Assembly (NCBI GenBank): GCA_017515105.1
Contig: JAFWHO010000001.1
Location: 202,903-266,902, forward strand
Direction: 5' to 3'
From: Candidatus Saccharimonadota bacterium
GTDB taxonomy: Bacteria; Patescibacteriota; Saccharimonadia; Saccharimonadales; Saccharimonadaceae
DNA: 64,000 nucleotides
The notes under the pieces were generated by a model. The model was not told the DNA's origin, ran no database searches, and saw only the letters and a list, made by a program, of their open reading frames with translations. This document shows positions 29,127 to 38,371 of the stretch, one piece after another. Made by a program: the position numbers and the translations under genes. The first letter of the stretch is position 1; each line of letters starts with the position of its first letter.

Positions 29127-29329
29127 TATCTTGGCGACCTCCTCTTAATTACTCCTATTATATCAGACAAATAAAAAGTACTCTATAGGGGACACTACTA
29201 TAAATATAAACGATTCCCGACAGGGGCCAAAAGCCAATCCCTCCATTGAAAAAACAAAAGAATTATGCTATAATAATAACAGTAGATTTTAGTCAAACTA
29301 GATTTTAGATCTAGGCACTTTTAGAAAGG

Positions 29330-30745
29330 TTGGTAATTAAAATGAAAAAGAAACTCGAAAAAGTAGTATTGTTGATAGCACTTTTTATCGGGTTTCTGAT
29401 AATAAGTGCCCCAAAAGTAAAGGCTGCCCCAAACCCTATCGACGCCAGTAAAGATAAGCGGCTGTATGCTCGTTTTGGCGTAGAAACGCCGCTACGAAGT
29501 GGTAATATGGACCAGGCGCTTCTCCTTGATCTCTTGCCTTTATACGAGAATCTGGCGAAAGGCCAAGTTCCAGGCGACAAATATACTTGGAGCTACGAGT
29601 CATCCCCATTTTATGTAGAGCAACCCATTGAAGGGCTGGCTGAACAAATGGTGAAAAATTTCGCCTTTGTTTATATTAACGAAGTAAGGTATTCTGCAAC
29701 CTTAATCAGGGGAGAGTCAATTGGCCTCTATGACTTAAAAAGGTTAAACTACGACTCAGAAACGCGGGAGGTTATGGGGGCAAACGGAGAAAAAACTTAT
29801 CGCTGCGCGATAACCGGGATAAGCGTCAAAGAATGGTGCACTCCCGAAGGATCCGTTTGTTCACGCCAAAAAGCTTTGAATCTCTATGGTCAATGTCAGA
29901 AAAGAATCAAAGCGTTGGCGTCAAAAGCAATAGCGGCTCACCGTTCCAACGGGAAGCCACTTACGACTACCCAAAGAATCAAAGCGATCCGCGATTGGCT
30001 GGTGGAGAACGTAGAGTATGACCTCAAAGCCTACTATGCCCTTGGGAAGGGCCAGTCCAGCAAATATGTGGATTCATTTAATGAGTACGGCCCAATCATG
30101 AAAGGAAAAGCTGTATGTCAGGGGTACGCTTACGCCTTTAAAGCCATTGTGGATGAGCTTGTTAGGCAAACACATGTAAAGGCAGTATGCGAGTATGTGT
30201 TTGTTCCTGAAAGTTCTAAAGGAGATGGTCACGGCTGGAATCGTATTAAGTTAAATGGGCAGTGGTATCATGTAGATGTTACTGCAGATGACGATGGGGG
30301 CGGATTAGGCCACGGCAAGCTCGATACGATATACTTTCTGATTAGTGATCGCACCTTGTCTACGTATCTTCATCCGGGTAGAGACGGCTATTATACGTAT
30401 AATGTCGAAAAAGCGACAGGCCGAAGATACGAAGGAAAGAACTGGCCCATTTACAGGCTTGAAAAGATAAGGATAAACGGCACAGCCAAAGCGACCAAGA
30501 AATACAAACTTGGTAAGCGTAAAGCAATAAGACCGTTCGATAAGTCTTTCAAGCCGAGTGCTAGTGTTTACCGGTATACAAAAATATTCACGCACATCAA
30601 GATTAGTAAAGAGCTAATTCTGAGAAAAGGCGTGGATTACATCGTTAGGTATAAAAACAACCGGAAAAGAGGTTGGGCGACCGCCATAATTAAATTAAAG
30701 GGTGGGTTTAGTGGCACGATTACAATTAAATACAAAATCGTGTAG
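29330..30745 (+). CDS. secreted transglutaminase-like (Cys-His-Asp) protein
   Basis: Signal-like N-terminus (probable start MKKKLEKV at 29342). CQGYAYAFKAIV...GHGWNRIKLNGQWYHVDVT is a transglutaminase-core pattern. Confidence 0.7.
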   Translation: MVIKMKKKLEKVVLLIALFIGFLIISAPKVKAAPNPIDASKDKRLYARFGVETPLRSGNMDQALLLDLLPLYENLAKGQVPGDKYTWSYESSPFYVEQPIEGLAEQMVKNFAFVYINEVRYSATLIRGESIGLYDLKRLNYDSETREVMGANGEKTYRCAITGISVKEWCTPEGSVCSRQKALNLYGQCQKRIKALASKAIAAHRSNGKPLTTTQRIKAIRDWLVENVEYDLKAYYALGKGQSSKYVDSFNEYGPIMKGKAVCQGYAYAFKAIVDELVRQTHVKAVCEYVFVPESSKGDGHGWNRIKLNGQWYHVDVTADDDGGGLGHGKLDTIYFLISDRTLSTYLHPGRDGYYTYNVEKATGRRYEGKNWPIYRLEKIRINGTAKATKKYKLGKRKAIRPFDKSFKPSASVYRYTKIFTHIKISKELILRKGVDYIVRYKNNRKRGWATAIIKLKGGFSGTITIKYKIV

Positions 30746-30770
30746 CTAAGAAATCACCGACCAAATCATA

Positions 30771-30799
30771 AAAAGGCCAGCGCTTGCTGGTCTTTTTTA
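30771..30799. terminator. hairpin terminator
   Basis: AAAAAGG-CCAGC-GCTT-GCTGG-TCTTTTTT. Confidence 0.65.
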
Positions 30800-31082
30800 T
30801 AGAGATAGTCTTGTCGCCACGGTGAAACTAGTGGCTAGCGGTAGCATCTGCAAAACTACAGGCATGAGGAAGAAAGACTGCTATTGTTGGGATTGCCAGC
30901 GTCGTCGCAATAATGCGCAGCATCGTTCTGGTTACGGAAATTCATATTCTGGGCATCAGGACTCTCGCAAGGTTCATGACACAAAAGGCAAAAACAATCA
31001 CGGCAGAAAAAACTGGTAAAAAGCTTCATGCTCACCAAGGCTCCTCTTGACCGAGGAGCCATTTTCTTGTTAAGATAAGCAC

Positions 31083-31418
31083 ATGACGATCAAATGCTTT
31101 ATCATGAGAACAGACTTCGAGCCAGAACTCGGCAGAGCCCAGCGCATCCAGGTCCTGCTTAATTCAAAAAATGAAATGCCCATAGCAAGCTCGGTCGAAG
31201 AAGCAAAAGAAAATCTCTGGCAAGACATAGAGATTGGAAAAGTGTTTTACGAAAATGAAGAAATTCAGGGTATCTTCTCCAACCTCCCAGAAAAAACTAT
31301 AGAGGCGCTGTCCAAGGATTGGAAACTCGTTCCGTTTAGTAGTTTAACCCCTGAGGAATGCCCAGATTATGATATCATTTTGGCTGGTATAGAAAAAGCC
31401 GGATACATCCCCAGCTAA
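31083..31418 (+). CDS. hypothetical protein
   Basis: ORF only, 111 aa, acidic. No motif recognised. Confidence 0.45.
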   Translation: MTIKCFIMRTDFEPELGRAQRIQVLLNSKNEMPIASSVEEAKENLWQDIEIGKVFYENEEIQGIFSNLPEKTIEALSKDWKLVPFSSLTPEECPDYDIILAGIEKAGYIPS

Positions 31419-31511
31419 AATGAGCCACGATGCTCCGTAGGCATTATTGACAGAACAATAAAGGATAGAATAAAATACAAGCAAGCGGCTTGAAGCCCAT
31501 CAAGGAGGAAA

Positions 31512-32321
31512 ATGGCTGAAAAAAGCGAAGCGCAGAGGCGTAATGAAAACGAAGTGCGTAGGATAATGGAGCAACGTGGCTATGACACAGCAGCCCATAA
31601 AAAACAGCAAAAAAATATTTTTCGAGATCATCTAGTAATCCCAAAAATAATCATTGGGATTCTTTTAATTGGTGGCGTTGCCTGCGGAGTATTTTTCGTA
31701 TTCTCGAACATTGAGAACAGCAAAAATTCGGGTGATCTCCACACCGATAAAGATGCCAGTAAAGACATTGGCAACGACATGACGGCTGGGACCGACGCCG
31801 ATAATGGTTCGTTTTTTCAGTGCTACGATGCAATAGAAGAAAAAAATATCGACATTAACGACGCGGCGTTCTGGGATAAAACGATATCATATTATAAAGC
31901 AATTATTAATTGCTATGATATGTACCCCGACTCAGCCGTAAGTTTTGGATCAAAAGAAAAAATCGAGCAAGACTTAGCTAATGCAATTGAGAAAAAAGAA
32001 AAAGAGCAAAACGGGAGTTACGGGTCGTCAACTTATACATATTCAACTGCAAATACGGAAACAGCCAATAACTGCAATCATGAATATGACAGTTGGATTA
32101 CGCTTGATAAAGAGGCGCGGCAAGCCTACAATGAGGCAGAGGCGGCTTCGGACCAGTTTACGAATGAATATCTTCACGAAAAATGCGACAACGCCGCAGA
32201 TTCAATAGCTTGTTCGAGAAGCTTGCAAGAAGAAGTTCAACAAAAACTAACTAAAGCCCAAACTGCCGTAGAGCAAGCGCGGGTAGCAAGACAAACATAC
32301 GATAGTTGCATGGGCAATTAA
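31512..32321 (+). CDS. membrane-anchored hypothetical protein
   Basis: ORF behind AAGGAGG. One TM segment (IIIGILLIGGVACGVFFVF). No motif recognised. Confidence 0.55.
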   Translation: MAEKSEAQRRNENEVRRIMEQRGYDTAAHKKQQKNIFRDHLVIPKIIIGILLIGGVACGVFFVFSNIENSKNSGDLHTDKDASKDIGNDMTAGTDADNGSFFQCYDAIEEKNIDINDAAFWDKTISYYKAIINCYDMYPDSAVSFGSKEKIEQDLANAIEKKEKEQNGSYGSSTYTYSTANTETANNCNHEYDSWITLDKEARQAYNEAEAASDQFTNEYLHEKCDNAADSIACSRSLQEEVQQKLTKAQTAVEQARVARQTYDSCMGN

Positions 32322-32411
32322 AAAGCGGCCCATTGGAGCCGTGGCGTAAGCGTCTGGACGAAGTTCGAACTTCAATGCAAAAAGTTTATTCTATAACATG
32401 CTAAAAAACAT

Positions 32412-32460
32412 AAAAATCTATCAAGTCCTCAATAGGTACTTGATAAATTCTATATATTTA
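32412..32460. repeat. direct repeat copy 1 flanking the Fic gene (contains palindrome TATCAAGT-N11-ACTTGATA)
   Basis: AAAAATCTATCAAGTCCTCAATAGGTACTTGATAAATTCTATATATTT, compared with the copy at 33582-33630. Confidence 0.8.
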
Positions 32461-33583
32461 AGATGATATCTGTATATTTCTTATTAATATAAAGGTAACG
32501 ATTCCGTTTTGGTTGCTTCTTTTTGCCTAAAACACCTTCATTTTCTAATATAGCCAGATATTTCCTAGCTGTTGCCTGGCTAATACCAATCTCTTTTTCA
32601 AAATCTTTCTCAGTAAAATACGCCCTAGAGAAGAGAAAGTCGACCAGTTCCGATGAATATATTTTTGGATATTTTTCTCTTAGTATCTTCTTAGTTTTTC
32701 CTAAATTAATTTGAATATTCTGCAAAATACCCGTAGTGTATTCCGCTTGCTTTTCAGTAGCTTTAATAATAAACAATATCCAGTCTTTCCAATTATTGTT
32801 GTTGGTAACACCTCTAAGCAACTCATAGTAACTATCTCTATTATTTAAAATATATTGGCTAATAAATAAGACCGGTACTGGTAATTCTTGTTGCACCATT
32901 AAGTACAATGGCATTAATATTCTTCCTGTTCTGCCATTCCCATCGCCAAAAGGGTGTATAGCCTCAAATTGATAATGCAGAATTGCCATTCTAGCATACA
33001 CTTCGTGAGTTGGAGCCTTCTCGTTGTAGTATTTTTCAAAATTCGATAATAAATCTCTAATTTTCTTCTCTCCCACAGGAGGAGTATAATATATTTTTCC
33101 GGTGATAGGATTCTTTAAATTAGTACCAGGATAATTTCTTATGCCATTTTGTGCGGGTTCTAACGTTTTCTGCAACTTGATATAGTCGTTAGTTGCCAAA
33201 AAGCCATGATTATTCACGATATGCGCCCCCTGTTCAACGGCTTCTGTGTATCTTAAAGTTTCTTTTTCCACCGGCTCTAAATCTCGTATTCTCTCGATTT
33301 TCGCTATATACACGCTATCATTAGTCGTAACGATATTCTCAACTCCTGAACTAGCAACTGCTTCGGGAACAAAAAGTGGAGAGAATAGATCAATCGCATT
33401 AGCTATCGTCCGTTTGCTGAGCGTCAATCTAGTTCGCAATTGAGATACAGCGCGACTCGCACCCATAGAAGCAATCAGAATGTCAGGATCCCTCAAATCC
33501 ACCTCAGGTGGGAGAATTGGTAAATTATTATTTGGCTGTTCTGGATTGAAATCGCTATTCATATTACTTGATAATTTTATCAA
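32450..33583 (-). CDS. Fic family protein (Fic_N, Fic core, C-terminal wHTH)
   Basis: HPFGDGNGRTGRILM is the canonical Fic motif HxFx(D/E)GNGRxxR. The C-terminal SQATARKYLAILENEGVL looks like a winged helix. Confidence 0.85.
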   Translation of the reverse strand: MIKLSSNMNSDFNPEQPNNNLPILPPEVDLRDPDILIASMGASRAVSQLRTRLTLSKRTIANAIDLFSPLFVPEAVASSGVENIVTTNDSVYIAKIERIRDLEPVEKETLRYTEAVEQGAHIVNNHGFLATNDYIKLQKTLEPAQNGIRNYPGTNLKNPITGKIYYTPPVGEKKIRDLLSNFEKYYNEKAPTHEVYARMAILHYQFEAIHPFGDGNGRTGRILMPLYLMVQQELPVPVLFISQYILNNRDSYYELLRGVTNNNNWKDWILFIIKATEKQAEYTTGILQNIQINLGKTKKILREKYPKIYSSELVDFLFSRAYFTEKDFEKEIGISQATARKYLAILENEGVLGKKKQPKRNRYLYINKKYTDIILNI

Positions 33584-33630
33584 AAAACTATCAAGTTGTC
33601 AATAGGTACTTGATAGATTCTACATATTTC
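33582..33630. repeat. direct repeat copy 2 flanking the Fic gene
   Basis: AAAAAACTATCAAGTTGTCAATAGGTACTTGATAGATTCTACATATTT. By eye, 5-6 mismatches to copy 1 over 48-49 bp, in the same orientation. Confidence 0.8.
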
Positions 33631-33985
33631 AAAATGGCGGACAGGTGTGTCACAAATTGGAACCTTCTCAAGGCGGAACTTATTCGTTGGGATAAACTCT
33701 TAACTCCTATCAGAGAAGAAAAAGAGTTATACCAATTAACTTAGTATATTAGAACTAATATAGGTAATATGGCTTGGTTCTAAACTTGTGAATACCGATA
33801 GCAAAATCGTCTATTTGCCAAAGGCTATGTGCTACCAGAAGCGAAGAAACGACAACTCAATATAAAGCACCTTAACAGAGTAAATATCAAAGACCTAATA
33901 AAATATCACTTTTGAACGAAAAATGTCGCAAAATGGTTAAAAATTGACAGATATTAGATTTTTAGTGATACTTTATCAGTGCCAA

Positions 33986-34191
33986 AACGCTTAAGTCCAA
34001 CAGGGGTAAAGTTCCTATAAAGTTCCCAAATAAACGATAAATGCCATATAAGTGTCGTATAAGTGTCGTTTTTTTGACATTTGATAAACGCTTAAAGGTT
34101 ATGTTCAACAGGGGTAAATGTGCTATAAATGTCCAGAATAGCGACTATAACGCTTAAGTCCAACAGGGGTAAAGTGTGTATAAAGTTGTGG
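33986..34191. repeat. iteron-like repeat region upstream of the tyrosine recombinase
   Basis: AACGCTTAAGTCCAACAGGGGTAAAGT..TATAAAGT at 33986 and 34149, with a diverged copy at 34087. Tandem ATAAGTGTCGT x2 at 34048-34069. Confidence 0.7.
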
Positions 34192-34271
34192 AATGGGGGG
34201 GTATCATTTGACAATAGAAATAGTAATGCTACGATACGCTCGTCATATAAAAAATCAAGGAAGGACCACCA

Positions 34272-35174
34272 ATGATAAGCGAGATAGCAATAATCAGCCA
34301 AGGAGAACTTGGCTACAACGACAACATATTTAATTCCCTAGACATCAGCAACAATACCAAATTAGAGTATTTAAGCCGCCTTCCAAGGTTCTTTCAGTTT
34401 GCATCCGCTCAAACTATCAACCGAGATTTATTATTGCGATATAAGCAATATTTAAGAGATGACAACACTCTCGGTATTAGTAGCAAGAACAAGTATTTAA
34501 CCACTGCGAGAATAGCCCTGCGTGAGTTGTATCGACAAGGATTAACGCCAGTAGATTTGTCGGTTGGGGTTAGTTCATTTCAACAGAATAACAAACATAA
34601 AGTGAATGGCTTAAACGAAGAAGAAGTGTCGAGAATATGCGATTATCTGCGAGAGCAAGACAAGTCCTTCAAGAATATCAGACTGCGAGCGATTATTTCG
34701 CTTTTATTTTTTCAGGGACTGCGACAAGTCGAAGTCTGCCGACTAAACTTTGATGATATCGACCTAGCAAATGGAGTTATAAAAGTGCTTGGAAAAGGAC
34801 GGGAAGACAAGGAATACATACATTTACATCCAGCAAGCCAAAAAGCCTTAAAACGCTATTTAAGAGCCTCTCACGCCAAATATGGACCAACCTTCTATTC
34901 GCTCAATGGCAAAAACAAGGGCGACCGATTAACTACTAGGGGCTTAAGGCAAATAGTCCAAAACTTATTTAGCGATCTAGGTATAGAAAAGACTGTTCAC
35001 GGAAGCCGACACTTTTTCACTACTGAACTCATCAAGTATTACAAATCAGACCTAACAACAGTCGCTAGATTTACTCGCCATAACTCTCTGAATATGCTTC
35101 AGATTTACAATGACGAAATCGCAAGCGAAAGCGACCCAGAACAATTAGCAAAGGCTTTCCAGTATGACTTGTAA
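34272..35174 (+). CDS. tyrosine recombinase/integrase (XerC/D-like)
   Basis: FFQGLRQVEVCRL (Arg I), LGKGRED..IHLH, HGSRHFFTT (H-x-x-R), RHNSLNMLQIY (catalytic Tyr region). Confidence 0.85.
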   Translation: MISEIAIISQGELGYNDNIFNSLDISNNTKLEYLSRLPRFFQFASAQTINRDLLLRYKQYLRDDNTLGISSKNKYLTTARIALRELYRQGLTPVDLSVGVSSFQQNNKHKVNGLNEEEVSRICDYLREQDKSFKNIRLRAIISLLFFQGLRQVEVCRLNFDDIDLANGVIKVLGKGREDKEYIHLHPASQKALKRYLRASHAKYGPTFYSLNGKNKGDRLTTRGLRQIVQNLFSDLGIEKTVHGSRHFFTTELIKYYKSDLTTVARFTRHNSLNMLQIYNDEIASESDPEQLAKAFQYDL

Positions 35175-35568
35175 AGAGCAAGAGTTCAAATTAAGAGTTG
35201 TGGGCGGGCTGGATTTTTATGAAGTGTCGTCTGCATTTATTAAGGAACTGGAAGCCCATAATACATATAAGGCTTGCTTATGGGCATTTGTATTACTTCA
35301 GAGCGGCTACTATAAGCATATATGGAAACACTTGGCTATCTATGCGAGCCAATTAGAAAGCAATCAGATAATCGAAATATCGGCACTGCGAAATTGCTTC
35401 GACCTTAATACGACGGCCAAAGACCGCAAAATGGAAGAAGGTTTTTGCTATATCTGTCGAGCAATCATCAGCCTTTGCAATGATAAGGAAAATACAGCAG
35501 AGATGACGGATAAAATAATCAAAAAATACTGCTCTGGTTACTGGCCAGAACTGCTACCTGCATCTTAA
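35164..35568 (+). CDS. hypothetical protein
   Basis: ORF overlapping the integrase stop by 11 nt. No motif recognised. Confidence 0.5.
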   Translation: MTCKEQEFKLRVVGGLDFYEVSSAFIKELEAHNTYKACLWAFVLLQSGYYKHIWKHLAIYASQLESNQIIEISALRNCFDLNTTAKDRKMEEGFCYICRAIISLCNDKENTAEMTDKIIKKYCSGYWPELLPAS

Positions 35569-35599
35569 TTTTAAGTACATTTTATGTTATAATTAAAAT

Positions 35600-35782
35600 G
35601 TTCGAAGTCCTAATCTATAGTAAGTCTATCCTGACTGAATAGGTAAAGTATTGAACCCTTCGTGGAGCACTCGCTCCAGTCGGCTCAATCGCTTACTGTA
35701 GAAACAGGAACTTCGAACACTCCTAGCGAGTGTTCCACTTAGTTTTAGGGGCACTTCTCGGATTTAGTTAATTAACAAAGGA
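35600..35782 (+). ncRNA. candidate structured 5' leader/ncRNA
   Basis: Extended -10 TGTTATAAT (35585-35593). Long-range stems 35600-35610/35707-35718 and 35615-35624/35692-35701. Local hairpin 35664-35677 competes with pairing to 35725-35736. Confidence 0.35.
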
Positions 35783-36691
35783 GTGCCAATGGAAACAAAT
35801 GATAATATCAAATCTGCGAGTAAAGCCAAAAAAGGCTTACCGGACTTCTTCAAGCAACACAAGAAAAGTTGCTTAGTCGTGCTTGGTATTATCTTGGGGG
35901 TAATCATTATTGGTGCTATTAGTGTTGCAATCAGGAACAATATCGAAGAAAACCGAGATTATTATATTTCGGTAGATAAAGAATATGCTTTTGATTGCAA
36001 TGCAAGTTATGACGAGAAGACTAAAGAAATATCTTGTGAAGAACAAACAATAACTGGCAAGTTTTCAGAATACCCCACAGTAAAAATTGATGGCTATATT
36101 ACGGTTCATACTGACGGCGACAAGTTCAGCATTAAGCCTTACAACGACATATACAAGAACCGTTACGAAACCGATGACTTTGATATTGAAAAATTAGAAA
36201 AAGGTTTATCAACCGACTACATTATTTATCTTGAGAATACGCAACTAAACAAGCGCTTTGCAGAAACAACAATCTCTGTTCGTTATAAATTATCTGAAGC
36301 CGACAAGGAACTCATTACAAAGAAACATAACGACTGGAAAGAGTGGAAAGAGGGTGAAGACGCAAAGGCGAAAGCCGAAAGTGAAACCAAAGAGCAGGAG
36401 CAGAAACAGGAAGCAGAAACTGAAACAAGCACAACAACCACTGAAGAACACTCTTATTTAGATGCACTCCGTAAATGCACGGTAATGGAAGCCGCCGATA
36501 TCTACACTACTGGCATTGGTAAAAAGAGTGATAATGTTTTCAATGACGGACGAGATACTTGCAATACTTGGTATTCACAGTGGGGTGAAAATGATTTCTT
36601 CGAGGCTGTTTATATCGACTGGGAAAATCGCAAAACCGAAGAAATCGACGGACAACCGCTAACATATTATCTAACAATTCTAGGTTGGTAA
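35783..36691 (+). CDS. membrane-anchored hypothetical protein
   Basis: AAGGAG RBS. ATG at 35789 (METNDN) is probably the real start. One TM segment and an E/K-rich linker. Confidence 0.6.
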   Translation: MPMETNDNIKSASKAKKGLPDFFKQHKKSCLVVLGIILGVIIIGAISVAIRNNIEENRDYYISVDKEYAFDCNASYDEKTKEISCEEQTITGKFSEYPTVKIDGYITVHTDGDKFSIKPYNDIYKNRYETDDFDIEKLEKGLSTDYIIYLENTQLNKRFAETTISVRYKLSEADKELITKKHNDWKEWKEGEDAKAKAESETKEQEQKQEAETETSTTTTEEHSYLDALRKCTVMEAADIYTTGIGKKSDNVFNDGRDTCNTWYSQWGENDFFEAVYIDWENRKTEEIDGQPLTYYLTILGW

Positions 36692-36700
36692 GGAGTATAT

Positions 36701-37324
36701 ATGGGATTGTTTGACGGCATTAAGCAGATGAAGAAGAATAATGATGATTTTATCAAATCTCTTACTAAACCATTTGAAGATAAAAAAGCGGCAACCGAAG
36801 CCCACAAGCAGGCTGTCGCTAACGGTGATATCTCACCAATTACTCCATCTGTTAAATTAAAGCAGGGCGAGAAAGCCTATGCAGAGTTCCCTGCAAAGCG
36901 TAAAGCCATAGTAACCACAACCATTCAACGAACTGTCGAGAAAACCAAGAAAAAAGGCGGAATAACTAGAGCCGTAGTCGGCGGAGCATTACTCGGCCCA
37001 GTCGGAGCGGTAGTCGGAGCAACCACCGCTAAAAGCAAAGGTAACTCGGTTGGTTATACTGAAGATATAGAAAGCCTAAACGATATAGACCAAGGGATCT
37101 TGGTGCTTACTGACCGGCGTATGCTATTTGTTGGACAAGAAATCGTCAGTATTCCGTATGATGAACTGATAGGTGTTAAGTTTGAAAACACAATTACTGG
37201 TGCGGAAATCAGCGTCAAATATGCAGGTATGCTAAAGGGCGAGCAATATTTCATCTCTGGCAAAGAAGCGAAGTTGTCGAAAATGTATTATCAGGCCATT
37301 ACGGAGAAGTTGTTGAAAGCCTAA
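36701..37324 (+). CDS. hypothetical protein with glycine-zipper segment and possible bacterial PH-like C-terminus
   Basis: AVVGGALLGPVGAVVGA is a glycine zipper. LVLTDRRMLFVG...IPYDELIGV resembles bPH/YokE-type domains (weak). Confidence 0.5.
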   Translation: MGLFDGIKQMKKNNDDFIKSLTKPFEDKKAATEAHKQAVANGDISPITPSVKLKQGEKAYAEFPAKRKAIVTTTIQRTVEKTKKKGGITRAVVGGALLGPVGAVVGATTAKSKGNSVGYTEDIESLNDIDQGILVLTDRRMLFVGQEIVSIPYDELIGVKFENTITGAEISVKYAGMLKGEQYFISGKEAKLSKMYYQAITEKLLKA

Positions 37325-37433
37325 AATCGGCTCATTATGCCGATAATTTCAATTACAAGAATTATCTATTTAGTACCCTTCCGTATCTGTAAAGCCATCA
37401 TTTATGGTATAATATTTTGTATGGAAGGATTGT

Positions 37434-38252
37434 ATGTGGGGATCAGACTATTTTGATGAAGGATACGAATATCAGGATATTGCTGAAGAAATCCTTGATG
37501 ACACTGTCCGCATTATGCAATCCAATACTGGCGAAACTAAACTTTCTAAAAAATACGCCTTAAAACTTCAAAAAGCAGAATTCGAAAAAAAGATAATAGA
37601 AGCGCAATTCGAGGGAGCCTGCAAAATGGGTTGTATGCACATTAACTCCCTTGTAAAAGAAAGGGGCAAAGAAATATTACAGGTAGATATTGATTTACTA
37701 GAGCCTCGTTATTCATACTACTGGCGATATTATACAGATTTAATAAATAATCCAAAGCAGAAGAAAAGCCTAAATGATTTGATGAGCCAATCGATAATTG
37801 ACCCAAAAGAAGTATATCAGTGCAAATTAACCATCGAAAACAATGAAGTTTTCTTAACCTGGAATAATGGAAAACACTGGTTATATGATTTTGGGAATAA
37901 GTCGAACTCCGCTAGAAGAAATTTATTCGAAGCCGCAATCACTAACCCAGATATATTATTGTCTAAAAAAGATTTAGAAGAAAAAACTGGGGAGAAATAT
38001 ATAGGAGCCAGACTGAAAGAACATTTTACAAAAATGTTCTTGAGAAAAACGCTCAATGAGTTATTTGTAATCAGCGATTACTCTCCAAAAGAAGGTCACA
38101 GAATAGGAGTTAAAAGTCTAGTAAGCATATCCGGATATGATTTGATAAAGATAATCAGAGAGCAATTGGCATATTCAACCAATGAAAAAAGACAGAATAT
38201 GATAGACCGAAATCGGAAGTTTATGCAAAAAATGTCAAAAACCTGTCAATAG
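37434..38252 (+). CDS. hypothetical protein
   Basis: ORF of 272 aa. No motif recognised. Confidence 0.5.
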   Translation: MWGSDYFDEGYEYQDIAEEILDDTVRIMQSNTGETKLSKKYALKLQKAEFEKKIIEAQFEGACKMGCMHINSLVKERGKEILQVDIDLLEPRYSYYWRYYTDLINNPKQKKSLNDLMSQSIIDPKEVYQCKLTIENNEVFLTWNNGKHWLYDFGNKSNSARRNLFEAAITNPDILLSKKDLEEKTGEKYIGARLKEHFTKMFLRKTLNELFVISDYSPKEGHRIGVKSLVSISGYDLIKIIREQLAYSTNEKRQNMIDRNRKFMQKMSKTCQ

Positions 38253-38371
38253 GATTTTTACTCCGCAGATAGTCCGTCGAAAAAATATCCATAGCCCAAC
38301 GGCTATTTTTTCATACTCCGCAGACACTCCGCAGACAAAGGCTCTTAAAAAACCGGCCTTAAAATGACAGT

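Noticed and set aside
33634-33641. ATGGCGGA shared with the tRNA-Ser end (40226-40233) as an att core.
   Set aside because: An 8-nt match is expected by chance in a region of this size. It is kept only as a lead inside the island finding.
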